From Alphaproteobacteria bacterium (lineage in GTDB: Bacteria > Pseudomonadota > Alphaproteobacteria > UBA2966), in assembly GCA_964291395.2 (NCBI GenBank), contig OZ219858.1:64001-128000 (forward strand): a stretch of 64,000 nucleotides of DNA, written 5' to 3'. A model generated the notes under the pieces. It was not told where the DNA came from. It worked only from the letters and a program-made list of their open reading frames with translations, and did not search any database. Position 1 is the first letter of the stretch, and the number at the start of each line of letters is the position of its first letter. The position numbers and the translations under genes were made by a program. This document shows, piece after piece, positions 41,403-51,631 of this stretch.

Positions 41403-42302
41403 GTGACCCATGTAATCACGCTTGTCGGCAATCCGCAGCAGTCGCCCGTGTCTCTCGACCTGGCCGATGCGGCCCGTTCGGCCTTGTCCCGCCTCGACGG
41501 CCAAGTCGGGGGTATCGATTGGCTGTCTCCAGGAACGGCCTGCGATGTTCCCATCGACGGGGTCGATCCGACCGTCGCCGTTGAAGCTGTTCGCGCCGCC
41601 CTGGAAGGGCAGCCGGTCGACGTCGTGGCGCAACGCAGGAAACATCGCCGCAAGCGCCTTCTCGTCGCAGACATGGATTCGACGATCATCCGGCAGGAAT
41701 GCATCGATGAAATCGCCGAATTCGTCGGTCGCCGGGCGCAAGTCGCAGCCATAACCGAACGCGCGATGCGCGGCGACATGGACTTTCCCGAAGCTGTTCG
41801 CGAGCGTGCGAACATGTTCGCCGGACTCGGCGCGGACGTCCTCGAGCGTGCCTACGACGAGAGCATTTCGCTCACGCCGGGTGCCGAGACCCTCGTCCGG
41901 GTCATGCGGCGAAGCGGCGCGGTCACGGCCCTGGTGTCTGGCGGCTTCACGCAATTCACGAGCCGCGTCGCGGAACGCGTTGGCTTCGACTACCATCATG
42001 GCAACGAGCTCGAGATCGTGGCGGGCAAGCTCACCGGAAAGGCGCTCGAGCCCATCAAAGGGGGCGATGCCAAGGTAGAACTGCTCGATCGCTACCGTGA
42101 CCGGCTCGGCATTTCCGCCGAGCAAACACTCGCTGTCGGAGACGGCGCCAACGATATTCCGATGATCAAGGTCGCCGGCCTTGGCGTAGCCTTCCATGGC
42201 AAGCCCAGCGTCGTCGAAGCGGCGGACGCGGAGATCAGCAACGGCGACCTGACGGCCCTCCTGTATATCCAGGGGTTTCGCGAGGCCGAGATAAACGCCT
42301 GA
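41403..42302 (+). CDS. serB: Phosphoserine phosphatase
   Basis: HAD motifs DMDST, ECIDE, VSGGF and GDGAND. Confidence 0.95.
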   Translation: MTHVITLVGNPQQSPVSLDLADAARSALSRLDGQVGGIDWLSPGTACDVPIDGVDPTVAVEAVRAALEGQPVDVVAQRRKHRRKRLLVADMDSTIIRQECIDEIAEFVGRRAQVAAITERAMRGDMDFPEAVRERANMFAGLGADVLERAYDESISLTPGAETLVRVMRRSGAVTALVSGGFTQFTSRVAERVGFDYHHGNELEIVAGKLTGKALEPIKGGDAKVELLDRYRDRLGISAEQTLAVGDGANDIPMIKVAGLGVAFHGKPSVVEAADAEISNGDLTALLYIQGFREAEINA

Positions 42303-42379
42303 ACACCGACCGGGAAACGGGGCGGCAGCTTGCGCCGCCACCCTGCCTATTCAGACCCGGCTTCAGGTTCGTTTCGAGC

Positions 42380-43912
42380 CTAGGTCTCTTCCAAGCGCAG
42401 GGCCACGAACCGCAGGTCATCGGACCGCTGCACCAACAGCAATACCGATTTGCGATTCGAGTCCTTGGCCTCCTTGACCTTGTCGAGGACCTGGCTGGGT
42501 GAAGAGACCTCCTCCTGGGCGACCTCCACGATGATGTCCCCAGCCTGAATCCCCTTTTCGGCTGCGGCAGATTCGCCGTCGACCTCGGTGATGACGACCC
42601 CTTTGACCTCCCCGCCGATTTCAAACCTATCGCGAAGATCTCTGGTGATGGAGGACAGGGTCATGCCGAGCGCCTCAATGGAACCCGAGGCCCCGCCACC
42701 CGAGTCGCCGGACGTCAGAGCCGCGACCTCATCCTCCTTCAACTCGCCGATCTTGACGCTCAGGGTGATCTTCCCGCCCTTCCGCCAAACCTCGACGTCG
42801 ACAGCCTTGCCGATTTCGGTCTCCGCGACGATTCGCGGCAAGACACGAACACGGGGCACATCCTTGCCATCGAATTTGAGAATGACGTCACCCGCTTCGA
42901 ATCCCGCGACGGCGGCGGGCCCGGGATCGAAGACGCTGGCGACCAATGCACCACGGGGCTCATCGAGAGCAAGACTCTCGGCGATCTCGTCGGTCACCGG
43001 CTGGATGCGGACACCGAGCCAACCGCGGCGGGTCTTGCCGAACTCACGAAGCTGTTGGATGACCGGTTTCGCCAGGTTGGCCGCGATGGCGAATCCGATT
43101 CCCACGCTGCCGCCGGAGGGCGAGAAGATGGCTGTATTCACCCCGATCACCTCGCCATCCATATTGAACAGGGGACCACCCGAATTACCGCGGTTGATCG
43201 ACGCGTCCGTCTGGATGAAATCGTCATACGGTCCCGCATTGATGTTGCGCGAACGGGCCGAAATGATGCCGGCGGTCACCGAGCCGCCCAATCCGAACGG
43301 ATTGCCAATGGCCATCACCCAGTCGCCGACCCGGGACTTGTCCGAATCGCCAAGCTTGACGAAGGGAAGATCTCCATCCCCCTCTTCCTTCTCCACCTGA
43401 AGGACAGCGAGGTCGGTCTTGGCATCCCGCCCCAACAGTTTCGCGGTGCGACGCTTCTCGTCGCTAAAGATGACGGTGATTTCGTCGGCCTCCGCGATGA
43501 CATGATTGTTGGTGACGATGACACCACTCGGATCCACCAAGAATCCGGAGCCGAGGGACGACACCCGACGCGTCGGACGGCTGTCGCCCCGATCGTCGTC
43601 CCCGGGACGCTGGCGTTCGAAGAAGTCCTTGAAAAACTCCTCGAACGGAGAGCCGGGCGGGAACTGCGGGATCGGAACCTCGCCGCGGCGACCGCTCACT
43701 TTCTGTGTCGTCGAGATGTTGACCACCGCCTGGGTCAGTTCCTGCGCCAAATCGGCGAACGTCTCAGGCGCGGTACGGGCAAAGGCTGCAGTCGACCAAA
43801 CCACCGAGGTCGCAAGGACCGCGATCCCCAGGCGTCGCCTCAACATACCGGTCCGCGGCCGGTGTTGCAGAGAAGCGCGGATTTGCGAAGTTGAAATCGA
43901 GTCCCTGATCAA
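42380..43912 (-). CDS. Do/DegP/DegQ family serine endoprotease with two PDZ domains
   Basis: Motifs GSGF, TNNHV, TDLA and QTDASINRGNSGGPL. Start uncertain. Confidence 0.95.
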   Translation of the reverse strand: MIRDSISTSQIRASLQHRPRTGMLRRRLGIAVLATSVVWSTAAFARTAPETFADLAQELTQAVVNISTTQKVSGRRGEVPIPQFPPGSPFEEFFKDFFERQRPGDDDRGDSRPTRRVSSLGSGFLVDPSGVIVTNNHVIAEADEITVIFSDEKRRTAKLLGRDAKTDLAVLQVEKEEGDGDLPFVKLGDSDKSRVGDWVMAIGNPFGLGGSVTAGIISARSRNINAGPYDDFIQTDASINRGNSGGPLFNMDGEVIGVNTAIFSPSGGSVGIGFAIAANLAKPVIQQLREFGKTRRGWLGVRIQPVTDEIAESLALDEPRGALVASVFDPGPAAVAGFEAGDVILKFDGKDVPRVRVLPRIVAETEIGKAVDVEVWRKGGKITLSVKIGELKEDEVAALTSGDSGGGASGSIEALGMTLSSITRDLRDRFEIGGEVKGVVITEVDGESAAAEKGIQAGDIIVEVAQEEVSSPSQVLDKVKEAKDSNRKSVLLLVQRSDDLRFVALRLEET

Positions 43913-44128
43913 TGTTCGTGTCCTTCTCGCCGCGCCGCCGACATTCCGGCGGCACCAGATTGCTGACCAGCGCTCCAGACGTATGGGTTACGGAGCTCCG
44001 AATCAAGTGCCTCGGCAGCCCGGCACGAAGCGCTCACCGGCCTGATAGAAAGGACCAAATATGGATTCAACTTGGCCGAAATCGGACCCTCAGTCGGTCA
44101 ATTCAAGGCCATTTTGCGGCACATTTTG

Positions 44129-44314
44129 CTAGCTCTTGAGCAGCCAGACAACTCCAAACCCGGCGACGGCCAAGCATAGCCCCGCGCCTCGGAGAAGGCC
44201 GTTCGACTGCTCGAGGGCCGCGGCCATCATCCGCTTCATGCCGTCCGGAAACAACGCATAAAGCGCCCCTTCGATGACCATTACCAATCCCAGGGCCAGT
44301 CCGAGCTCGTACAC
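44129..44314 (-). CDS. DUF2065 family small membrane protein
   Basis: Motif ALGLVMVIEGALYALFP, in its usual position after hflC. Confidence 0.85.
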   Translation of the reverse strand: MYELGLALGLVMVIEGALYALFPDGMKRMMAAALEQSNGLLRGAGLCLAVAGFGVVWLLKS

Positions 44315-44382
44315 GATTTCGTGACCAACCGGCCGTTTCTTTCCGCCGGGCGTCGGTCCCTCAAATCCACGGATACGCCGGA

Positions 44383-45273
44383 CTACCGCGTGCCGAACTG
44401 ACCGCCTTCGCCCAGCATGCTGCCGAAGTACCGAAAAAAGTCGGAGTCGGGCGAGAGCACCATGGTCGTGTCCTCGCCACCCAACGACCCGCGATAGGCC
44501 TGCATGGACCGGTAGAAAGTGAAAAAGTCGATGTCGGTGCCGAAGGCCTCGGCGAATATCCGTACGGCGTTGCCGTCGCCTTCGCCCCGCAAGATCTGCG
44601 CCTGCTTTTGCGCTTCGGCCAACAGGACCGTCTTTTCACGATCCGCCCGTGAGCGGATACGCTGGGAAATCTCGGCGCCCTGTGCTCGGAATTCCCGCGC
44701 CTCCCTCTCCCGCTCCGTCTTCATCCGCGCATAGATCGCCTGGTTGTTCGCCTCGGGCAGATCGGCGCGCTTGATGCGCACGTCGGCGACGCTGATTCCC
44801 AGGTCCTTGGCTTCGGCATTCACCCGCTGAGCGATCTGCGCCATCAGTTGCGCGCGTTCTCCGGTCAAAACCGATTGCAACGGCACCGTACCGATAACCT
44901 GACGCAGGCTGGACGTCAGAAGGGCGTTCAGGCGTTGGCGGGCGACGAGCTCATTGCCCACCGTTTGATAGAACCGCAACGGATCGTCGATGCGGTAGCG
45001 GAGGAAGGAGTCGACCACCAGACGCTTGCGGTCCGAGGCAATGACTTCTTCACCCCCGCCGTCGTAGCTAAGCATCCGCTTGTCCAGGAACACGATGTTC
45101 TGGATGAACGGCAATTTGGCGTGCAGGCCGGCTTCCTTGACCACGCGCTTGGGCTCGCCGAACTGCAGGACGAGGGCCTGCTGCGTCTGATGGATCGTGA
45201 ACAGCGCGCTGAACGCGATGATCCCCGCGACCAGCACGACGATGCCCAGAATGGCGAGCGTCCGACGGTTCAT
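44383..45273 (-). CDS. hflC: FtsH modulator HflC
   Basis: SPFH domain with RIKRADLP, RMKTERERE and FYRSM. Confidence 0.95.
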   Translation of the reverse strand: MNRRTLAILGIVVLVAGIIAFSALFTIHQTQQALVLQFGEPKRVVKEAGLHAKLPFIQNIVFLDKRMLSYDGGGEEVIASDRKRLVVDSFLRYRIDDPLRFYQTVGNELVARQRLNALLTSSLRQVIGTVPLQSVLTGERAQLMAQIAQRVNAEAKDLGISVADVRIKRADLPEANNQAIYARMKTEREREAREFRAQGAEISQRIRSRADREKTVLLAEAQKQAQILRGEGDGNAVRIFAEAFGTDIDFFTFYRSMQAYRGSLGGEDTTMVLSPDSDFFRYFGSMLGEGGQFGTR

Positions 45274-46373
45274 TGGGTTTCTCCCGTGCGCTTCTGAAGT
45301 TCGGGCAGCGGCAGGTACGGAACCACCCCACTGCCCGAGTTCTTGTCGATGACGATCTTGTTGATGCCGCCCAGCACCTCTTCCATGGTCTCGAGATAGA
45401 TCCGCCGCGTCGTGACGTCCTTGGCGCGGGCGAATTCCTTGTAAACGGCCAGGAACCGGTTGGCGTCACCCTCCGCGCGCGCCACGACCTCCTGGCGGTA
45501 GCCCTCCGCCTCCTGAAGCAGTTGCTCCGCCTCGCCGCGGGCGCGGGGAAGAATGTCGTTGGCGTAGGCTTCGGCCTCGTTCCTCTGCCGCTCGAGATCG
45601 GCCCGTGCCCGCTGGACGTCGCGGAAGGCGTCGATCACGGCCGAAGGTGGATCGACCTTCTGCAGCCTCGCCTGCTGGATCAGGATGCCGGCTTCGTAGG
45701 AATCGAGAATCTCCTGGGTGAGCTCGCGGACGGAGTTCTCGATCGCTTCCTTGTCCTGTGCCAGGGCATCGCCGATCGGCTTGTTGCCGATGACCTCGCG
45801 CATGGCGCTTTCCGCCGCCGCCTTCGCCGTCTCCTCGGGATTCTGCACGTTGAACAGGAACTGCCCGGCGTCCTTGATGACCCAGAACATCGCGAAGTCG
45901 ATGTCGACGATGTTCTCGTCACCGGTCAGCATCAGGCTTTCTTCTGGGACGTCGCGCGTGGTCTGCGCCCGTTCGAATTCCCCGGCGCTACGGTACCCCA
46001 CTTGGATCTGGTTGACCCTTGTGACCTTCGGTGTATCCACCGATTCGATCGGTACCGGAAGATGGTAGTTGAGACCCGGCTGCGTGGTTGCAACCCACTC
46101 TCCGAACCGCAGAACGACACCCTGCTCATCCGGTTGTACGCGATAAAACCCACTGGCGGCCCACACCGCGACCACGATCAGCAAGATCAGGGCCAACCCG
46201 CGGCCGCCTCCGCGGCCGCCAGGCAGCATACCCCGAAATCGATCCTGACCCTTACGCAGAAGGTCTTCGAGATTGGGAGGCTGAGGTCCACGGGGACCTT
46301 GTCCCCACGGTCCACCGCCGCCGCCGCCGCCACCGCCGCCCTGCCAGCCGCCGCCTTGGTTCTTCCATGGCAT
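45270..46373 (-). CDS. hflK: FtsH modulator HflK
   Basis: Gly-rich N-terminus MPW...GPWG, plus MLTGDENIVD and RIYLETME. Confidence 0.95.
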   Translation of the reverse strand: MPWKNQGGGWQGGGGGGGGGGPWGQGPRGPQPPNLEDLLRKGQDRFRGMLPGGRGGGRGLALILLIVVAVWAASGFYRVQPDEQGVVLRFGEWVATTQPGLNYHLPVPIESVDTPKVTRVNQIQVGYRSAGEFERAQTTRDVPEESLMLTGDENIVDIDFAMFWVIKDAGQFLFNVQNPEETAKAAAESAMREVIGNKPIGDALAQDKEAIENSVRELTQEILDSYEAGILIQQARLQKVDPPSAVIDAFRDVQRARADLERQRNEAEAYANDILPRARGEAEQLLQEAEGYRQEVVARAEGDANRFLAVYKEFARAKDVTTRRIYLETMEEVLGGINKIVIDKNSGSGVVPYLPLPELQKRTGETQ

Positions 46374-46553
46374 GCCGTCAACTCCAGTTTCGGATTCGAA
46401 TGAAACCCAATTGCAGGAAATTTTGCATTCAGCGCCGCTCGCGGTTATATGACAGCTTGCCCGGACGCGCAATGAACCGTACGCCTCGCGGTCACCACAA
46501 GCGAGCGTGCTCCTTTATGCGCCGCGCCGAACACGAAAGGCAAGCTCTCCACC

Positions 46554-47675
46554 ATGGCAACGGTCACCGAACAGGACGTCCTGGAGGCGCTCGCGGAAGT
46601 CACCGATCCGGACCGGCGGCTGGATGTCGTCAGTCTCGGGATGATCGAAGGCGTTCAGGTCAAGGACGGGCACGTCGCCTTCGCCGTCCAGGTCCCGCCC
46701 GAGGAAGGCCCGGCCAAGGAGCCGGTTCGCAAGGCCTGCGAGAAGGCCGTCTATGGCGTGCCCGGCGTGCTTTCGGTAGCCGCCGTCCTGACCGCACACC
46801 GTCCTGCCGCACCGTCCGCCCCGGCTGCCGCCCCGTCCCGGGACACTTCGAACACCGTTGCCAAGCCGGGAATTCCCGGCGTCAAATCCATCGTCGCCGT
46901 GGCATCGGGAAAGGGCGGGGTGGGCAAATCTACCGTGGCGGTCAATCTGGCCCTCGGCCTGGCGACCGAGGGCATGCGCGTGGGCATCCTCGACTGCGAT
47001 ATCTACGGCCCTTCGATCCCCCGCATGATGGGAATCAGCGGGCGACCGGTATCTCCCGACGGCAAGCGACTGATGCCCATGGCAAATCATGGGCTCGTTT
47101 GCATGTCGATGGGGTTCCTGGTCGAAGAGGACACCCCCATGATCTGGCGGGGTCCCATGGTCATGAGCGCTCTTGAACAGCTCATGCGTGACGTGGAATG
47201 GGGTACGCTCGACGTCATGGTCTGTGACCTTCCGCCGGGAACGGGAGATGCGCAGTTGACGATGGCGCAACGCGTGCCGTTGACCGGTGCGGTGATCGTT
47301 TCGACGCCTCAGGACGTGGCGTTGGCTGACGTCCGAAAGGCCTACGCCATGTTCGAAAAAGTGGACGTCCCGGTCTTCGGGTTCATCGAGAATATGAGCT
47401 ACTTCCAGTGCCCCCACTGCGGCGACAGGACGGAGATATTCGGACACGGCGGCGCCAGACAGGAGGCCGAACGACTCGGCGTCGATTTCCTTGGCGAAAT
47501 TCCACTGGTACCCCAAATCAGGGAAACGTCCGACTCGGGGACGCCCGTAATCGCGATCGACCCTTCCGGAACGGAGGCAACCATCTTTGAAGACATCGCC
47601 GGACGCGTTGCCGTCAGAATCGAGCAAGCCCTCGCCGCAGCCGAGGCATCCGCTCCGAGGATCGTGATCCAGTGA
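46554..47675 (+). CDS. apbC: Mrp/ApbC iron-sulfur cluster carrier ATPase
   Basis: Motifs ASGKGGVGKST, WRGPM, DLPPGTGD and ENMS..CPHC. Confidence 0.95.
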   Translation: MATVTEQDVLEALAEVTDPDRRLDVVSLGMIEGVQVKDGHVAFAVQVPPEEGPAKEPVRKACEKAVYGVPGVLSVAAVLTAHRPAAPSAPAAAPSRDTSNTVAKPGIPGVKSIVAVASGKGGVGKSTVAVNLALGLATEGMRVGILDCDIYGPSIPRMMGISGRPVSPDGKRLMPMANHGLVCMSMGFLVEEDTPMIWRGPMVMSALEQLMRDVEWGTLDVMVCDLPPGTGDAQLTMAQRVPLTGAVIVSTPQDVALADVRKAYAMFEKVDVPVFGFIENMSYFQCPHCGDRTEIFGHGGARQEAERLGVDFLGEIPLVPQIRETSDSGTPVIAIDPSGTEATIFEDIAGRVAVRIEQALAAAEASAPRIVIQ

Positions 47676-47731
47676 GCCGAGAACGGTCGCGCCGACGGTT
47701 GCGCACTCTCCGTGAGAATGCCCCTCGCGTG

Positions 47732-48670
47732 TCAGGCTTCGCGGCCGAGCGTATCCATGAGCTCTCGCCACTCGCGGCCCGACAATCCGCTTTCCTCCTG
47801 CGTGACGGTCTCCCCGTCGATCATGCGCTTCACCACCTCCAGGCTCTGCGATGAGAGGTTGACGCCCTCCATCTCGTACTTGGAAAATGCCTCGAATGTC
47901 AGAGGCACCCAACGCTCCAGCGTGTCGAGCATCACGTTGGCGTAGGCACGTATCTCGTATTGGGCGTGCTCGTCCGCACGCAGGCTCAGGAAGTGCATGA
48001 AATTGTGAAGATCGATCTTCCAATACCACTGCGTGTAGAAGTTGAGTGAGAGGTTCATGCGCGCCAGTTCCCGCGCGAGACCGTCACGTCCCTCGTCGAT
48101 AACAGTCCCCTCTTCGTTCTCGTTCAGCATTTCGGTGTAGTCCGCGTAGGCCTGCGCTGCGTCGCGCATGAGCAGCTCGTATACCCGGTCCGCCTCCACG
48201 CCGCTGATGACGTTGCCCCGGCCCTGGCGATTGGAAGCCGACTGCGCCGCGAGGTGTTCCCGCGCCGGCAGATAAAATTCATTATCGAGAATCGAATAGC
48301 GGGCGGAGTACTCGTTGACGTTTGCGGTCCGGTGACGGATCCACTGCCGCGCCACGAAAATCGGAAGCTTCACGTGGTACTTGATCTCGCACATTTCGAA
48401 CGGCGTGGTATGCCGGTGGCGCAGGAGGTAATTGATGAGACCCGCGTCGGAACGAAGCGTTCTCGTGCCTTTGCCGTAGGAGACGCGCGCCGCCTGGACG
48501 ATGGCGGAATCATTGCCCATGTAGTCGATGACCCGCACGAACCCGTGATCGAGCACCGGGAGAGCCTCGTAGAGGATTTCCTCGAGACGGGGCGACACGA
48601 CGCGCCGCGTTTCATGCACCTCGGTCCGTTGGGCCTCGATCTCCTCCTGTTGCTCGGGACTGAGCGGCAT
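47732..48670 (-). CDS. thyX: FAD-dependent thymidylate synthase
   Basis: Motifs AARVSY, HTTPFE and RQWIRHR...NEYSARY, plus HAQYEIR. Confidence 0.97.
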   Translation of the reverse strand: MPLSPEQQEEIEAQRTEVHETRRVVSPRLEEILYEALPVLDHGFVRVIDYMGNDSAIVQAARVSYGKGTRTLRSDAGLINYLLRHRHTTPFEMCEIKYHVKLPIFVARQWIRHRTANVNEYSARYSILDNEFYLPAREHLAAQSASNRQGRGNVISGVEADRVYELLMRDAAQAYADYTEMLNENEEGTVIDEGRDGLARELARMNLSLNFYTQWYWKIDLHNFMHFLSLRADEHAQYEIRAYANVMLDTLERWVPLTFEAFSKYEMEGVNLSSQSLEVVKRMIDGETVTQEESGLSGREWRELMDTLGREA

Positions 48671-48922
48671 GACGTCTCTTGTTCCTGGCTCACCAGCCGC
48701 CGCACTTTAATGTCCGCCTGTGTCCATGACCACACCCGGCGCACCCTGGGTGCCCTTCTCGCCTCGCTCGCCTTCGCATGAACTGGCAGATAATTCCGCA
48801 ACCACAGGACCTTACGTCCCAAACCGTCCCGCGCCGCCGCGCGGCTTCCCCGTAGAAACGCCGCCGCGGCTGCTTCCTGCATTACCGCCCGGTCGCGCGG
48901 CCCAAACGAGGAGCCGCAAGCC

Positions 48923-49171
48923 ATGAGCGACAATCCGAAGTCCACCTTCGCCCGGCGCAGGCGCGCCGCCCGCCCCCGCGGCAAGCGCCATGAAGTGCGT
49001 GACGACGCGGTGCCGGGGCTGATGCTCCGGGTCGGCAAGCTGCTCGGCCACCGGCGCCACCGCGCAACGGCGGGCTACGCCCACCTTGCCGATGCGCACC
49101 TGGTCGAAGCGGCGGAGAATCCGTCGCGTCGCCTTCCCGGCGGGTCGGAGCGATCATCGCCACCGCGATGA
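48923..49171 (+). pseudogene. Internally deleted tyrosine integrase remnant
   Basis: An N-terminal arm-binding-like segment (ARPRGKRHEVRDDAVPGLMLRV) is fused directly to the box II C-terminus GKLLGHRRHRATAGYAHL. RBS GAGGAG is retained. Confidence 0.75.
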
Positions 49172-49252
49172 CGAGTCAACGCCCGCAACCGGTAACGCAT
49201 CGACAATAGCACCGCAGCGCTCCGGGTCGCGGAGCACGTCGAAAGCGCGCAT
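49154..49252 (-). pseudogene. Truncated ArsR-family regulator remnant
   Basis: TGATG-coupled to the SRPBCC stop. Begins MRAFDVLRDPER, like the ArsR partners of this SRPBCC family (MHAFDVLGDPVR...), then ends after 32 aa without an HTH. Confidence 0.55.
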
Positions 49253-49896
49253 CAATCCGGCGCGATCGTGTCGCCCGTGTAAAAGGCTGCCGTACGCTGC
49301 GCCGCTGCGCGCGCAACGTCGGGGTTCGTTCCCGCTGCCTCGGCCGCCCGGCCCCACGCCGCGCTACTGCCGACGATGAGCGCCTTTCCGTCACGGGTCG
49401 TGTGGAACGTCGCCGCGTCCAACTTGGGTTCGTTCGGCCGCGCGCCAAGATGCAGTTCCATCCCCAGCAAGCCCATCTCCCAGCCGACGCCGACGGCACC
49501 GGGACCGAACGTGCGCCAGTGGTCCGACACCAGCGCGGTATGCGCAATCGCAAGGCGCGAGCGGCCGGTACCATCGCTGCACAGGCGCGCCTCCACCCAA
49601 CTCACGTCACCGCCGAACTCCCACGTCAGCCCGAGTTGCGAGGGACGCTCGCAGCGCTTGATCGTCCCGCCTGCGTTTCCCTCCAGTTGGTAGCGGCCGC
49701 CGGGTTCGAGGCGGCCGCTGACTGGCAGGAACCAGCGTGGGATTCGTTCCGTGCTCGTCACGGCGTCCCAGAGGTCCTCCACCGTCGTCGCGTAGCTGCG
49801 GGCGAGGGTGACCGCGCGCGCGGGCTGTCCGTCGCGCTCCAGGGACGACACCGTGCGCTCCACGGCGCCGAGGAGGCGTTCGACATCCAGGTCCAT
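49252..49896 (-). CDS. SRPBCC (Aha1/START-like) family protein
   Basis: Motifs DLWDAVT..ERIPRWFLPVSG, GGRYQLEGNAGG and GPGAVGVGW. Confidence 0.88.
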   Translation of the reverse strand: MDLDVERLLGAVERTVSSLERDGQPARAVTLARSYATTVEDLWDAVTSTERIPRWFLPVSGRLEPGGRYQLEGNAGGTIKRCERPSQLGLTWEFGGDVSWVEARLCSDGTGRSRLAIAHTALVSDHWRTFGPGAVGVGWEMGLLGMELHLGARPNEPKLDAATFHTTRDGKALIVGSSAAWGRAAEAAGTNPDVARAAAQRTAAFYTGDTIAPD

Positions 49897-50448
49897 GGCT
49901 TCTCCGTTTCGTCAAGCAGGCGATTATCCAAATGCTTGCCGCTGCGTACAGCAAATCGAGCCGCGTGGACGATGGCCCGGACCGCCCACAAGGTCGCAGA
50001 CCGTCCGACAACAGCAAGTCGGAAGCCCGCCCAATGGCGACGACACGCCTCGCCGGGCTCCGGCAGGCTTTCACGGCACGAGTCGGTGATGTAATTTCAT
50101 CCGCCGACACTTCGTCCGCGGCGTATGGAGTGCTCTCGTCGCCCCCTCTGGCATCGCGTTCGGCACGACCGCACTTCGCGCCCGAGACGACGACTCCGGC
50201 GGCTGTCATGCCGTCCCGCATGTCGCTGGCAGATGATCTGTCCGGTCGGTTTTCGTAGCACACCGATTGGCCGCTTCTGTTGAGGTTGCCGGGCCTGTGG
50301 GGAAGTGGTCAGGCATGAAACGAAAATCACCGATATCCGATTTATTCGCACATTTTGGTCGGCGAAATCGAAGCACAACTTGAGCGAGGCTTCGTTCAGC
50401 GGGTTTGACCGCAGGATGACCAGCGGAATCTTGGAACCCGAGTCATCT

Positions 50449-51378
50449 TCAACTTTTCCGGAGCGATGCCTGAGCCTCCATGAACTCGTGGCCGAACTCG
50501 TGAGCGATGTCGATGAACCCTGCCGTCAAGGCTGAGTCGTCGTCCGACCGGCAGGAAACGCCGCATTCAATATTCAGCTCTGACGCCGGATCCTTGAGCG
50601 GGACATAGACCGCACCGGGAGGCGAGAACCGTCCCACGGAAGCGGGACATAGAGTTACGCCCAGGCCCGCCGAGACCTGACTCACGGCGTTGTGGATGCG
50701 ATCAACCTGCCGTACGTCCTTGGGAAGGAACCCGGCCTGCTGACAGGCGTAAAGGATACGTGCCCGATTGCCGGTCTCCTGGCGTGAGGGAAGCAGCAGG
50801 AACGTCTCGTCTCTCAAGTCCTGAAGGTCGATTTCCGTCTGCCCGGCCAGTGGGTGGTCGTCGGGCAGAACGGCGATCAAGTGCTCCCGCAGGATCACTT
50901 CCCGGCGGATACCCGGCCTCGCAATCGTCGGCACGTGAAACAGAGCCACGTCAATACGCCTCTGCAACAGTGCGCCTTCGCGCTCCGACGTGCTCAACTC
51001 CTCGAGCCCGACGCTCACGCCCGGAAAGCGATCCCGAAACCGGCGCATGATCCGAGGAAGGATCTCGTAGCTCGCCGCTGGATTGAAACCGACGGAGATG
51101 TGGCCATGCATGCCGCGGGCGATCCCTTGCGTGACATCCATCGCTTCGGAAAGTTGAGACAGGACCAGACGCGCACGGTCGAGAAAGACCACACCCGCTT
51201 TGGTCAATTCGACGGATCGCCGTGACCGTCTTAGCAGTTGCGTACCAAGCTCATCCTCCAGCTGCCGAACCGAATCGCTCAGCGGCGGCTGCGACATGTT
51301 GAGCCGGGCGGCGGCCTTCCGGAAATTGAGCTCTTCCGCGACGGCAATGAACCGTTCGAGGTGTGGGATATTCGGCAT
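50449..51378 (-). CDS. LysR-family transcriptional regulator
   Basis: HTH FIAVAEELNFRKAAARLNMSQPPLS..LEDELG followed by a substrate-binding domain. Confidence 0.95.
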   Translation of the reverse strand: MPNIPHLERFIAVAEELNFRKAAARLNMSQPPLSDSVRQLEDELGTQLLRRSRRSVELTKAGVVFLDRARLVLSQLSEAMDVTQGIARGMHGHISVGFNPAASYEILPRIMRRFRDRFPGVSVGLEELSTSEREGALLQRRIDVALFHVPTIARPGIRREVILREHLIAVLPDDHPLAGQTEIDLQDLRDETFLLLPSRQETGNRARILYACQQAGFLPKDVRQVDRIHNAVSQVSAGLGVTLCPASVGRFSPPGAVYVPLKDPASELNIECGVSCRSDDDSALTAGFIDIAHEFGHEFMEAQASLRKS

Positions 51379-51420
51379 GATCCTCTCCCCATCACCGGCA
51401 CCGCGGTGAAGACCAAGAGC

Positions 51421-51480
51421 ATACCATCCTATGATAGGTAATTCCGATCAGTGATTTCTGATAATTGGAATATCCTATCA
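51421..51480. promoter_or_regulatory. AT-rich palindromic operator region between lysR and the SBP gene
   Basis: tgataggtaattcc (51432-45) and ggaatatcctatca (51467-80) are inverted repeats matching at 12 of 14 positions. Inner ATCAG..CTGAT. A T-N11-A motif lies at 51421-35. Confidence 0.6.
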
Positions 51481-51631
51481 CTCTTCATCTACGATAGGGT
51501 CCGCAGCAAAGGGTTAATGACTGCGCAACTTCCCCATCGTGCAGGTGGAGCCGATTGTGTCGCGGCGGGAGGGCCGGATCAATTCCAGTGTCCAAGACGA
51601 CATTTCCTGAAAATCTTCAAGGGAGGCGAAT

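Noticed and set aside
46310-46355. CCG trinucleotide run
   Set aside because: It encodes the normal Gly-rich N-terminus of HflK.
49585-49600. gcgcctccacc resembling the tmRNA acceptor end (possible att site)
   Set aside because: Short GC-rich match inside the SRPBCC coding sequence, not at an islet border, so probably chance.
49897-50448. Several overlapping ORFs of 76-218 aa
   Set aside because: No recognisable motifs, RBS or consistent coding pattern. Treated as non-coding or decayed DNA.
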